Made by a program: the position numbers and the translations under genes
In this document: positions 12,485-25,130 of the stretch, piece after piece
Position numbering within the stretch: the stretch's first letter is position 1
Layout of the letters: the number at the start of each line of letters is the position of its first letter
From: Callorhinchus milii
Taxonomy: Eukaryota
NCBI RefSeq assembly: GCF_018977255.1
Contig: NW_024704742.1
Coordinates: forward strand, 83,950,001-84,014,000
Length of the DNA stretch: 64,000 bases
Direction: 5' to 3'
Notes under the pieces: model-generated
Seen by the model: only the letters and a program-made list of their open reading frames with translations
Database searches by the model: none
Told to the model about the DNA's origin: nothing

Positions 12485-12860
12485 ATCAGAGCGGAAGAGT
12501 GTGTTGCACGCAAGTTGGCTGGTCTGAACTCCCTACGCCCACCCTCCCCCCAATGCATGTTCTAGTTCACAGCTCTTTTAAACAGGTCCAGCTGTAGAGT
12601 TTCAGGATCCCGCCACTGCTCCATCAAAGCCGCACCATCATTGCTTGCCCCTGGAGCTGTCTCTGTAATTTATATCTGACCCATGACTGCTGAGGCTCGG
12701 GTTTGGCCACTTTTAGCTGGTCCAGCCAGCAGGCAACATCTTCTGTTCACTTCCTGAGTACTTAAAGCTCATGTGTTCTTCACATAAACCACTCACAGCA
12801 AGAGTGAGTGCCTCCTAACAAAGAACGCGTGAAAGTTACAGTGGAAGTGGTTTTATTTTA
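12485..12860. promoter_or_regulatory. Candidate promoter/enhancer motif cluster
   Basis: TE-free; ETS motifs (gcggaag, cacttcctg, ggaagtgg), Sp/KLF-like acgcccaccctccccc, RUNX-like aaaccac and gtggtttt, E-boxes cagctg. Confidence 0.35.
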
Positions 12861-13164
12861 TCCCCTCTCTCGTCTCATATACACAAATTTGTTTTTAGTT
12901 GCGCTTCTCACGTTGTCAGGGACGTTTCTTAGGTTTTACCCTTGTTGCATTGTGCATATTGTTAACTAAACGCCTGTCCGAATGGGAGCTTGGATTTTCT
13001 GCCTGTGGAACTATAAGTTAATTAGGAAAATGTACAACATTTAGAGATTGACTCAATAATGATTTGTGGCATTCTCTTGCATTGGGGACCAACATACAGT
13101 TTGAATTTAGAGATTCTTTAAGTATTGAGTATGTTATGTGTCAGCCTGGCTCAGGGCTGGCACT

Positions 13165-13295
13165 CTGGGGAGGACAAGTTTGCAGGGCTATGGGGAGAGA
13201 GCAGGGGAGTGGGATTGATTTGGATAGTTCTTTTCAAAGAGCCAGCAGACACTATGGGCCAAATGGCCTCCTTCTGTGCTGTATAATTCATGATT
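13165..13295 (+). mobile_element. CR1 3' end fragment
   Basis: gggctatggggagagagcaggggagtggga...gggccaaatggcctccttctgtgctgtataattc. Confidence 0.8.
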
Positions 13296-13299
13296 CTTA

Positions 13300-13680
13300 C
13301 CCGAGTCAGAAGTTTGTAGGTTTAAAGCTCATGTTGGGCCTTGGAATCACATAGTCTAAGATGCAGTGCTGGGGTGTGTTGCATTGTGGTGTCCTCCAGA
13401 TGAAACATTAAACCAAGGTCCCGTCTGCCTGTTCAAGTGGATGTAAAGATCCCATGGCACTATTTGAAGCGAGAAGGAATTTCTCCAGGCGTTCTGGACA
13501 ACAAATCTCCCAAATAAAAATTGGTCACTTGCTCCATGGCTGTTTGTGGGTAATTGCTGTGTCAAACTGGCTCCTGTGTTTCATCCACAAAATACACAGT
13601 CAAATCGCTTTACAGTATATGCTTTGAATCACTTTGGGACATCTCAATGACGTGATAAGGTGCTATATTGAATATAAGGT
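13300..13680 (+). mobile_element. Old DeuSINE-like copy, near full length
   Basis: gagtcagaag...gatgaaacattaaaccaaggtcccgtctgcctgttcaagtggatgtaaagatcccatggcactattt...ggctgtttgtggg...tail. Confidence 0.85.
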
Positions 13681-14835
13681 TCACCCTTCAATCAAATGTG
13701 TCCTAACGGGTTCTTGTTCTAATTTAAATTTGATCTTGATCTGAAAAAAGTCTGACAGATTATGTGATGATCAGATCAAACTGCCTGGGAGATCTGTGTT
13801 TTTATTTCCATCTTTGGTTCTGTTGTTGGCAAAAGGCAATATAATTCAATGCGTTGTTGGCCATCATTTGGTGATTCAGTTGTCACCTGTGTTAACTCTT
13901 TTACACCTCATCCAGTGAATAGATGTGTTATATACACAGCCGAGAAGGAAAGGGAAATCTTTGTGGACCTGGCTGATTCTAGGCCGGGTGGCAATAGAGT
14001 ACATGTATTGCACTTGGTTCATTGACCCACAACTGAGTGAGGAGACGGTCATGTTTAGTTACAACACAACCCTTTTCTCAAATTATCTTGACTCTCGTCG
14101 TGGAGGTTCACACGTGAACTATGGCCACTTTAGTGGGAGCGGCTGGTGCCGGTAGAAATACCCCAATGGTAGGAAAAAGAAATCAGATTCCACCCGGGAA
14201 GGGTGGGGAAGCAGTAACATCCCACAATACGTATAAACACCCAAATTTTCCTACTTTATGTGGCTTGAATAAAGGTATATTTTTCAACTAAGAATTTGTA
14301 TGAAAATGAACAGATAATAAACAAATAACATAAACAGATAGTTAATTCTGATTGTGGCCAGGGCCTGATTTCATGCCTACAATATGTCTCTTCTGAAGAA
14401 GTGTTGATCGCAATTTGTTTGTTACTTTTCAAAAAAAAATTAAAGTTGATTTTTTGAATTGTGCTCAATAGCGATGAATTGAGGCCATCATTTTCTGTTT
14501 TTTTAAAAAAAATCTCTCATACTTTCCGCCTCTTTAGTGCTAACTTGTGTTGCCACAGTCATGACCTTTCAATGGATTTGTTGGCTTTAGATGTTGAATG
14601 TAATGAGGAATATTAGGTCTAACACTTCCAGCCTTTAAGCACTCAATGACATCATCAACCAATTCCAGCAACACCACAGTATGAGTTGAATACAGAGCAA
14701 AGACAACACTTCCCCCAAACAATGTGCTTTAAACCTAACTGCAGTTGAACATCCCCACAAGTGAGTAGAGTGGAGTAAGTGGCTTGTGGAGTATAAATGC
14801 AGGCATGGACTTGTTGGGTAGAATGGCCTGTTTCC

Positions 14836-14924
14836 AAAGGGGTGGGGAGGAATACATTGCATAGAGGGTACAGACTTGTTTCCATGCTGTACCCTCTATG
14901 CATTGTATTCCTCCCCACCCCTTT
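14836..14924. repeat. 38-bp-arm hairpin (1 mismatch, 13-nt loop) at a CR1 3' tail
   Basis: aaaggggtggggaggaatacattgcatagagggtacag (14836-14873) versus ctgtaccctctatgcattgtattcctccccaccccttt (14887-14924). Confidence 0.95.
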
Positions 14925-15019
14925 TCTCAATCATGATGCTTCAAAACATTCACCTTTTTAAAAAATATATATTGGAAGATAGACCAGGGGCTGTTCACAA
15001 GAGTGTTTGGGTTAATCAT

Positions 15020-15210
15020 AATAATGATAATCCTTGCATTTGATATAGCATCTTATCATGTCTTCAAGTCTCAATGCTCTTCACAGGATTTACTCTAAAG
15101 TGAATTGACTATGTATTTTGAGGCCGAACCGTGGCAGCCAATTGCGCACAACAGTGTCCCACAAACAATCGTGGATTGAGTGACCACATTTTTTTTTGGA
15201 AGGGATTATA
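15020..15210 (-). mobile_element. SINE 3' half
   Basis: aatccttgcatttgatatag...ggcagccaattgcgcacaacagtgtcccacaaac. Confidence 0.85.
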
Positions 15211-15741
15211 ACTAATATCACTCTCTCACTGAATCTTATTTAATCAGTCGCTCCACGCAAGTGCACGTCAAGTGTATAATAGCAGTGCCCAGTAGATATC
15301 CTCACAGATTAAACTGAACAACTAAATAGCTCTGACCCACAAACAGGTCGTGTAACTGACACAGCAAGGAAATTTTGCTTCCCGTTTCAGACATGGTCAT
15401 CATTGCCCTTTAGTGCTCGGTCATCTTGGCAGCCTCGGCTCTGATCAGAGTGATCAGGTCCTGCTTGATCAGGAACACGAAGTGAAGGTCAGCGATCTTC
15501 ACCACCAGGTTATTATTCAGTTTCACTTGTTGCTGGCTGCCATCCCTCATTAGAGATGAAGAAGTCTCCGTTGTTTTTCAGTTTGTCTTCTGGAGATTTG
15601 TCTTGAGATGACCCTTGGCCTGTTAGATCTCATCCTTCCAGAATATCCACCTTTCTTTCCATCAAGCTTCCTGTTAACTGAGTCCAGCAACCTGGCATCA
15701 ATCACCTTTCCTGGTAACCTGTTCCAGTGGTTAATTATCAT

Positions 15742-16812
15742 TGTAATAACAATAACAACTTGCAATTATATAGCTCCCTTCACAGGGGGTAGTGTCTCAG
15801 AGCACTTAACAGCGTCGGAACCTGACTCCGAACAGGGTTGTGGGGAGGTGACAGTAAGTACAGTCAAAAAGGAAGCTTTTCAGGCGTGACTTGAAAAAGG
15901 GGAGCGAGGGGACAAGGTGGAGGGATTGATGGAGAGTGTTCCAGAGTTTCGGGGCGTAGTGGTTGAAAGCGCGACCTCCATGGTGGGGCGGAGGATGCGA
16001 GGGACAAACAGGAGAGCAGTGTCAGTCGAGTGGAGGAACCGGGCAGTAGATTGAGGAGTGAGGAGGTTGGAGAGGTTGGGAGGTGCCAGAGAGTGAAGGG
16101 ATTTGAACACGAGTGTGAGGATCTTGAAGTCGATCTGTTCAGTGATGGGGAGCCAGTGGAACCTGGCCAGAACTGAGGAGATATGTGTACAGAGTTTGGT
16201 TCGGGTCAGTATGTTGACAGGAGAGTTCTGAATGAGCTGGATTTTTTTGATAGTGAAGCTGGGGAGACTGGCAAGGAGTGCATTGGAGTAATCCAGGCGG
16301 GAGGTGACAAACGCATGCATGAGGGGGTAAGGTATGAGGCAGGCAATGTGGCAGAGGTGGAGGAAGGCCTGGTCCTGGTCAGGGACTGGATGTGGGGGAG
16401 GAAGGACAGCTGGGGGTTGAAACAGATGCCTAGATTGCGCACTGGTTCGGTGAGTCTGAGGGAGAGCCCAGGCAGGTTGAGGAGTTCAGATCCGCAGGAG
16501 TGAAGACATTGATGGGAATCAAGGAGTATGGCTTCTATCTTGTCCACATTCAGCTGCAGGAAGTTTGCACTCATCCAGGCCCTGATGTCTGCCAGACAAG
16601 CTGATAGAACATTGGTGGACCTGGAGTCGATGATGGAGGAGGCAAAGTAGATTTGTGTGTCATCCGCATACATGTGGAAGTTTAGTCCGTGTCTGCGGAT
16701 GATATCGCCAAGAGGGAGCATATGGATGAGGAAAAGAAGGGGCCAAGGATGGAGCTCTGGGGTAGCCCGCAGGTGACCGGGCAGGCGGGAGGAGAAACCA
16801 TTTGCCGAGAGC
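15742..16812 (-). mobile_element. 5'-truncated L2 LINE (RT C-terminus and tail), inserted into an older CR1 fragment
   Basis: ORFs 16206..16862 ([10 protein letters not shown]) and 15880..16320 (HAFVTSRLDYSNALL...FHWLPI); CR1-like sequence flanks both sides (15605-15738 and about 16815-17030). Confidence 0.9.
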
Positions 16813-17328
16813 TTCCTGGTGTGTGTAAAGAACTTCCTTGTGTGTGACCTAAAATTGTCCATTTACAACCCTGAACCTGTGCCCTCTTAGTCTGCTGCAT
16901 TGGTGTATCTGAAAGAATTGTTCTGGGTTTACCTTCTCATTCCCATTTAAAATCTCTATAAGGTCTCTTCTGAAAAGTCTCTTTTTTAGCTGCAAATCTC
17001 TGGCTTATGTAGTTGTTCCCTCAGGCCTCTAACATTGCAGATCAGCCAACACTCCCTAGTCCTTAATACTTTGTTCCCCATAAACGTTGTGCTTATTAAG
17101 ATCAGGGGTTTTACTGCTGGGCAATGGAACACTTCCCCTTTTTTGGCATACAATGTCAGCAAATGTGTTCAGGTCAGGCAAAGCACAGTCAAATGTAAAA
17201 TAGAAGGTGGTCTATTGTCATGACAAATCAACAGTCAAATTTGCACAAGGCCAATATCTAACAAATAGCCATGATATGAGTAATTAATTTCTCTGGAGGA
17301 TTGTTGGTTAGGACACAGAAATAAACTC

Positions 17329-17990
17329 CCTCAAGGCTGGACTATGGGAACTCTCTCCTCGCCGGCCTTCCCGCCACCTCCCTCCACAAGCTGCAGGTCA
17401 TTCAGAACTCTGCAGCTCGTGTACTGTCCCGCACCAGGCTTCACGACCACATCACTCCCACCCTCGCTCGCCTCCACTGGCTCCCCATCCCCAGAGGATT
17501 GATTTCAAGATCCTCATCCTCACCTACAAGGCCATTCACGGCCTTGCTTCCCTCCTACCTCTCCAACCTACTATCCCCCTACCTACCTGCCCGTACCCTC
17601 CGTTCCTCTGGCTCCGGTCTGCTCCACGTCCCCCGCCCCAACCGCCCTACCATCGGTGGTCGGGCCTTCAGCCTCTCAGCCCCGAGGCTCTGGAACTCCA
17701 TCCCCCAGTGCCTTCGCCGCCTCCTCCCTTTCCTCCTTCAAGGCCGGTCTCAAAACCTTTCTCTTTGACCGTGCCTTCAGCTCCCCTCTCGACTCTCTAC
17801 CCCTCCTCGCTCCCTCCCTTCCCTCCCCTCACCCTGACCATTTCCCCCCTCCTCGCTCCCTCCCTTCCCTCCCCTCACCCTGACCATTTCCCCCCTGCTC
17901 GGGTCATGACCCAACTGTGCAGCGCCTTGGGACGTCCTCCTGACGTGAAAGGCGCTTTATAAATTGAATCTTGTTGTTGTTGTTGTTGTT
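17329..17990 (+). mobile_element. 5'-truncated young L2 with a tandem duplication of about 50 bp in its 3' UTR
   Basis: Nearly identical to 62983-63592; ends (ttg)n; cctcctcgctccctcccttccctcccctcaccctgaccatttcccc occurs twice at about 17800-17895. Confidence 0.95.
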
Positions 17991-18677
17991 AGTCAACATG
18001 AGATCTAATGTCTACCTGAACAGGCAGACTGGACCTTGTTTAATGTCAAATCCACTTCTGACAATGCAGCACTTCCCTTCTATTCTTCCCTGTGGTAGAG
18101 TACCAGGCAGGACTGTGAGCTCAACAGGGAACTTGAACCCACAACCTTTGGACTCAGAAGCAGGTCTCTTAGATGGCTAATGCAGACCATTACTATGCTG
18201 AACTGAAAGCAGGTTATTGCTTTTGTCGGCTTTCTCTCAGAGAGAAGCAGGAAACAAAAGCAGAAAAAAAAGGCACTGACTATCGAGGGGTTAACAAACT
18301 GAAACAGAAGGTACCCTTTACAATAGCATCCTATTTTAATAAAGCTTGGTCTGACGTTTTCTAACAGTGTATTTGGGAACGGGATGAATGTAAATATTGA
18401 TGAACCTCAAGAAGCTCTAACTTCAGTCACTCACAACTTCCAGATGTTACTACTGCCTCAGCTCTGTGTACATTGGCTTGCAAATACCTTATTCCCTGAT
18501 ATGTAAGGGAACCTGGTTTCCTCTCTGTATTCCCATATACAAATGTGAGTACACAAACATGTGCAGAGGGATCTCTGAGTTACAACAGTGTGCTTAGTAT
18601 GAATTATTACTTGTGTGTGCAACTTATGCGACGAACAGATTTATATTGACTGGATGTGCTTTTGCTGCAGACTTTGT

Positions 18678-20118
18678 CTCTCACCCTCCTCCACAACACC
18701 CTCTCCTCCACACTCGACACTCTTGCCCCCATCACCTCCTACTCTCGCTCCTCCCCCTGGTTCACCACCCACCTCCGCTCACTGAAAAGCCAGGTGCGGG
18801 CCGCTGAACGCACCTGCTTCAAATCTGGCCTAACGGTCCACCGACAAATCTGGCTGGACCTCCTCAAAATCTACCGCTCCACTCTAGCCTCGGCCAAGTC
18901 ATCCTTCTACTGTCCCTCAGGGCTCTGTCCTCGGTCCCCTCCTCTTCACCCTCTATACGCTCCCCCTCGGTGACATCATCCGCAGACATGGGGTTAACTT
19001 CCACATGTATGCGGATGACACCCAACTCTACCTTTCCTCCTCTACCCTCAACTCCACGACCACCGATGTCCTGACAGCTGCCTGTCCGACATCGAGTCCT
19101 GGACGAGAGACAACTTTCTTCAGCTCAACATGTGCAAAACTGAGGCCTTCTTGATTGGCTCACGTCAGCGCCTCCGCACCTCAGGCGCTGACACCATCAG
19201 CATCCAAGGCTGCACTCTCCACCTCTCAAAGCCAGTCAGGAACCTCGGGGTTCTGTTTGGCCCTGAGCTGTCCTTTCTCCCTCATATCCGCACCACAACT
19301 GGCACCGCCTTCCACCACCTCCGGAACATCGCCAGACTACGGCACTACCTTACCCCTCACGCTGCTGAAACTCTGGTCCACGCCTTTATCACCTCAAGGC
19401 TGGACTATGGGAACTCTCTCCTCGTTGGCCTTCCCGACACCTCCCTCCACAAGCTGCAGGTCATTCAGAACTCTGCAGCTCGTGTACTGTCCCGCACCAG
19501 GCTTCACGACCACATCACTCCCACCCTCGCTCACCTCCACTGGCTCCCCATCCCCCAGAGGATCAAATTCAAGATCCTCATCCTCACCTACAAGGCCATT
19601 CACGGCCTCGCTCCCTCCTACCTCTCCGACCTACTATCCCCCTACTTAGCTGCCCGTACCCTTCGTTCTTCTGGCTCCGGTCTGCTCCGCATCCCCCGCC
19701 CCAACTGCCCTATCATCGGTGGCCGGGCCTTCAGCCTCTCAGCCCCGGCTTTTCCTCCAGCCCCCGCACTGTCTCGTGCGGTGTCCCTCAGGGCTCTGTC
19801 CTCGGTTCCCTCCTCTTCACCCTCTGTATGCTCCCCCTTGGTGACATCATCCGCAGACTCTGGAACTCTATCCCCCAGTGCCTTCGCCTTGCTTCCTCCC
19901 TTTCCTCCTTCAAGGCCGGTCTCAAGACCTTTCTCTTTGACTGTGCCTTCAGCTCCCCTCTCGACTCTCTACCCTCTCCTCGCTCCCTCCCTTCCCTCCT
20001 TCCCTCACCCTGACCATTTCCCCCCTGCTCGGGTCCTGACCCAATTGTCCAGCGCCTTGGGACGTCCTCCCGACGTGAAAGGCGCTCTATAAATGATATC
20101 TTATTGTTGTTGTTGTTT
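18678..20118 (+). mobile_element. Internally rearranged young L2
   Basis: Segments match 61395-61634, then 62503-63336, then 62468-62579, then 63342-63592 of the long L2 copy. Confidence 0.95.
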
Positions 20119-20249
20119 GTCATGGTCTGCCAATGCAAAACGAAGCTGTCCTGATAGGTCTTGAATTCGGTGAATTGATCATTGTGTGGGGGCGGGGAGG
20201 AGGGAAGAGAGACTCCTATTCCAATATGGTTAAGAAAAGTGGCCAGTTC

Positions 20250-20500
20250 TAATAATAATAATAATCCTTGCATTTGATATAGAACTTTTCACATCTGCTG
20301 GACGTCTCAAAGCGCTTCACAGAATAGACTGTAAAGTGAATTGACTATGTTTGTGGATGAAATGCGGCAGCCAGTTGCACAGAGCAGTGTCCCACAAACA
20401 GTCGTGGATTGAAATGACCAATTTATTATTACTTTTTTTTCTTGAGGGATTATTATCAGGCGTGCGGAGTAGGGAAACTTGCCCAAGGTTTCACCCTGCT
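20250..20500 (-). mobile_element. Young SINE, head truncated
   Basis: (aat)n tail, Deu-type segment and gaaacttgcccaaggtttc on the reverse strand. Confidence 0.9.
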
Positions 20501-20749
20501 GGGAAATGTAAGAACACCACTCGGATTCTGATCAATGGCAATCTCTTGCTGGCCAATATAAACTTCCTTTGGTTGAAATCTCTGGAACTTCTGAATTCAG
20601 TAAATTATGCCATTTGGTGCAACTTGTGCATCTGCTCCTGAATCCTAAATGTCTTCAGGGCTGAGATCAATATAATCCCTTCTCACAATGAAAAACCTAT
20701 TGCTACATTTTACTCGTCAAGTACAATTTCTCATTAGCTTTTCCTAATT

Positions 20750-21145
20750 AATCACACTCTTGTCTCTGAGTCAGAAGGTTATGGATTTCAGACCCAAATA
20801 GGGATTTTGATCTTACAGTCTGGGCTGGCCCTCCAATGCAGTTTTAGGAGAGCACTTTGGATAAGATGTTTAAACCAAGGTTCCTGTCTGCCTGTTCAGA
20901 TGAACTGGAAAGATCCCATAACACAATTGGAAAAGCGAAAGCAGTTTCTCCTGGTTTCCTAGCTAACAATCCTCCAGATAAAATGACCACTCACTTTGTG
21001 ACTGTTTGTGGCACCTTGCAATGTGCAAATTATCTGTTGTGTTTGGCTACAAATATACAATTCCCACATTCAACAGTGACCACTTTAAGCACTTTAAGAT
21101 GTTTCAACGTTGAAGCCACTATATCAAATGCAAGGGCTATTTTTT
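20750..21145 (+). mobile_element. Old DeuSINE-like copy
   Basis: cactcttgtctctgagtcagaaggtt head through gactgtttgtggcaccttgc and tatatcaaatgcaagg tail. Confidence 0.8.
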
Positions 21146-24119
21146 ACTCACGATTCTTACACAATAATTGTTTTCAGCTTTGGAACCAGCTGGTGAACAT
21201 TCACAAATGTTTTTCTCAGTAAGTTATTGTCCCACATGTTCCTCCCTAAATCCTTACCATGTTGAAACCAAGGCTCATTTGATCATTTCTTACACAATCT
21301 CGTTATTTCACAGGACATGGAATTTCCTCCCTCCCACAACAATAATCCTTGCATTTTAACAGAGCACTTCTCATATTGAAACTTTTCACAGAGATTTCTG
21401 TAAAGTGTAGTGACTGTCTATTTTTTAAGCAAAACACAGCAGCAAATTTGCACACAGTGATGCCCCACAAATAGCCATGAAATGAATGACCTTTTTTTTA
21501 ATCTAGTAGATTGTTGGCCAGGACACCATGAGAGACTCCTTTCCCTTTTCAAAATGTGCCAGAGAAAGGTCAATGAGATGGATCTTGATCAGAGTGAGGG
21601 GAAGGAGTGAATTGGAGGGACCCTGGGTTGGAGTTCCAGAGAGTGGGGGCTTTAATTGTTAATTATTAGGGTCTTTAATTCAGGGAAATCCTTTGGTCGA
21701 GATGATAAATGTTAGTTTAACCAAAGGTCTGCATTTCCGACAATGCAATCTCCCTCTTTACTCCCACCCACCCACAAAGTAGTACTCTAGAAGGTCAGAA
21801 TGCGTGATGAGATTGGGACTTGTACACAATTTGACCCAGAGGCAAGAGTGCTACTGACTAAGCCAAGGCCAAAAGTCCAACTATGCACCAGCTGATATTA
21901 TAAAATAACCCCTGAATATTGAAAGGCAATTACAACCCTCTTTCATTTATATAAGATGCGTAACTCAGATTTTATTCACTGACTTGTAATAATTGGCGAC
22001 ATGCTTAGAACCAAACACCTTTTGATTCACAGCTAAAACCCCTAGAATCTTGTAGCAAGAATCCCATTGCAGTTCTTAAAGGATTAATGGGTTTTTCTGC
22101 ACGTTTGAATGTGGTGCTCGAATAGATTGAACAGATTGCTAAATCTACAACACCAGGCAATTCTCAATTTATAGCAGCATGATTCTCCAGACTCTTTATT
22201 AACTTAAAAGACATATTTTCACTTTTCTGTTGCCAGCTTGAAAAGATAAGGCCGATGAAGTTCTAAGGCTGAATGTTCGTCTGGCTGAATGGAGCACTTA
22301 CAGTTTCCACTGTTGGCCTTGAGCAAATCCCTTGCAAGAGAAAATCCATGGGTCTCATCCAGCTCGTATGCCAAGCAGCACGAACTCTGTAGTTAATATA
22401 AATGAAATACAATATAAATGAAGATAAATTAAATTGAACCATTTAAAGTGAGACAATCAACGTCCGTCCATTTACAGACCTAGAATGTCAGCAGGCTGAA
22501 CCCAAATATTGTTTTTTGAGAGAAACCTTCAAACCCTAAAGAGGGTGTTCTATATCCTGCCGGTCTGAGACCAGATACTGTATTGAAAAGAATAGCAATG
22601 AACAGGCAAAGCAAGGTTCCCAGACATATTTACACGTCTTGCTTCTAGAGCATCCTATGCAGCAATACCCTTGACATGCTCACACAAGTGGGGATCCTTA
22701 TCTCTGCCCATGGTCTGGAGAAATGGAAACAACAACAACTTGCATTTCTATAGCACCTTCACAGGGTAGCGTATCTGAGCACTTCGAAAAAAGGGTTAAA
22801 GAAAGGCTGTTTCTGAATTGAGGGGATTGGGTGGGATGGGAGGCCGTGAAAGCTGCTCAGAACTGAATGAGTTAAAATCTGATTTGCAGTGAAAAGGTTA
22901 AGGAGTCCTGCAGCTGTAGTACCAATAAAATCAAGGGGGCCACGTTTTTATTTTTCACCTGCAATGATTTAAATTGTAAATTACAAGACAGGAAATGAGA
23001 TTCATTTAGTGCTGAACGAGCTCTGTGCATGTATTGTGTGGGTTCGAATGCCAAGCTCTTTCTTCTGCTTTCTGTGGGAAGTTATTGCACTAAAAGCTGT
23101 TTTGCTCATACTACAGTGTTTGACTATAGTGTACAGTGCTGTGTGTGCGTACGTGTTTCTGTTCGTGCGTGCGTACATTTATGCGTGTATGTTCAGGGAG
23201 AAAGAGAGGAGACAGACAACAGAAGCAAAGAACATCTTTTAATTTACAGCCAAAAACCTGGAGCCTTGGAACTGGAATGCCATTGTACAGGCTGTTCACT
23301 AAGTCCTGTTACCCCCTGTTTTTTTTCCCTACAGTGCACTGACCAACAACTGAAACATGTGGCAGGATCATGATAATTGTATTTAGAAGTACTTAGTTGT
23401 ATGCAGTATACACGGGGACGCTGCCCACATGAAGGGTGCTATATAAATGCAAGTTGTTGTTGTTCTTCAACTGTATTTAAATGTCCAGAGAATTGGTGTG
23501 AGCGTCTTCATTTTCATGGCAGATAATGATCCGTCTCCATGTTCAATGTAACATCATCTGTAACGTGATGGAGTGACGAGACAAAATGCATCTCTGACAG
23601 CTCAGCTCCTCCATCGACTCATATCATTATTTTGTAACCGCGGATAAGAGGCCTTTGTAGACACCTCGTATTCCTGTCATCCTTACAAATAATCCCTAAA
23701 ACTAAGTGCATTTCCGAAAGCAAGATATACAGTGAAATAAATGGCATTGGGGGAAGGGAGGAATTATCAAGGATGATAATTATCACGTTCTCCACTCCTT
23801 GCTCTTCTCCCTGATTTCTTTTGAAGGGTCATAGTTCTGAGGATAGGCTTGAAAAATTGGGCTGTTTTCACTGGAATAGAAAAGGTTAACCAGTAAATAT
23901 TATACCCTTTGCTTTTCCCAGCTGATGACAGTACAGCCAGTCTGGCTCATCGGCAGGACCTAAAGGGACAAACCAATTACTGGGGGCAGGATATCCTCCC
24001 ACACAGCCCCTGCAAGCCAAAGCCCTAAAGGGAAGGATGGTCCAGCTAGTTATACAGCGGGAAAGCTTGCCAGACAGTGATATCAATGTCAAGTTATGTG
24101 GTTTTAACTGGCTAGACTT

Positions 24120-24370
24120 CAGCAGTTACCCCAACACACAATCTGGAGTCCCCAAGCCTTGGCTATTACCAACCTGCGCCTAATACTTTCCGGAATTAGG
24201 TAAGCAAGATGCGTCCCTCTACGGAGAGAGTGCACATTCTTTTCCAACAATCTATTTCTGGGATTTCTTATGTGTAGGTGGGATGCATGAAAACTTTAGT
24301 TTGGTTTGGATACTCTTAAGCATGGTGATCGGTTTCCGCATGTGTCAGACACCTGGTTGACCAAAAAAAA
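24120..24370 (+). repeat. Unclassified interspersed repeat (further copies at about 30395-30545 -, 34878-35130 +, 36850-36940 -, 53920-54000 +)
   Basis: Shared ggagtcccca...ccaacctgc.cctaatact...tgtgtaggt...gtttggat.ctc..aagcatggtgat.ggtttccgcatgtgtc. Confidence 0.75.
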
Positions 24371-24814
24371 GTGACTCATTCAAGTGGGACTCTTTCTGGT
24401 AATCGTAGTACATCCCTCCTATCCATGGAAAGTCAGCTGCAAGTCTAGTGACTTCGAGAGCAGAGTTCCCAGGAATTCTGTCAGGATTCATTCTTTGTAA
24501 AAACTGCTAAATGCACTCCAAGATGAAAATATTACTATCTTTAGTGATCAGGGTTTGGTAGATTCTACCTTTGACTTCATTTTTACACTCACTGAATGGC
24601 TGGTCATTTCAATACTGATTTATTGCCATACAATGAACAGGAGCCCATGTATTTTATCATGTTTGAGTCGTAATTCTGCCTATCTGCAAATTCTGCAATG
24701 TTTTAACACTTCTGGTTTTTTTAACCTTCTGGTTAATCACTAGAAGGGTAAAATCACCAATGTATCCAATGCCTCTCCCCTCCCCCAGCTCTGACTCAGA
24801 TCTCAGAGTAATTA

Positions 24815-25130
24815 TTTTTGCATTTGTTATAGCACCTTTCATGTCAGGTGGATGTCTTAAAGTGCTTCACAGGATTTACTGTCGCTAACATGGTAGCCAA
24901 TTTGCACACAAAAATGTTCTACAAACAGCCATAAAGTGAATGACAAATATTATTCAGGGGATTGTTGGGCACCGGGAGAAACTTCCTTCTCTTTTCAAGT
25001 AGTGCCATGGGATCTAAAACTCCCACCTGAAAAGGCAGACAGGACATCAGTTTAACATCTCATCCAAAGGATGGCACCTTCAACAATGCAGCGACCCCCA
25101 CTACTATATTGGAACAACAGGTCAGAATAT
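24815..25130 (-). mobile_element. Old DeuSINE-like copy
   Basis: gtagtgccatgggatct...tttaacatctcatccaaaggatggcacc and tail on the reverse strand. Confidence 0.8.

Noticed and set aside
14246..14262. 14-nt match tttcctactttatg to miR-142-3p
   Set aside because: The seed end is absent and there is no complementary arm for a precursor hairpin; likely chance.
15510..15620. Apparent minus-strand terminal exon (GQGSSQDKSPEDKLKNNGDFF...)
   Set aside because: Its acceptor and first codons derive from a CR1 3' tail (gatgagatctaacaggccaagggtcatc), seen in related copies at 7020, 32570 and 37310.
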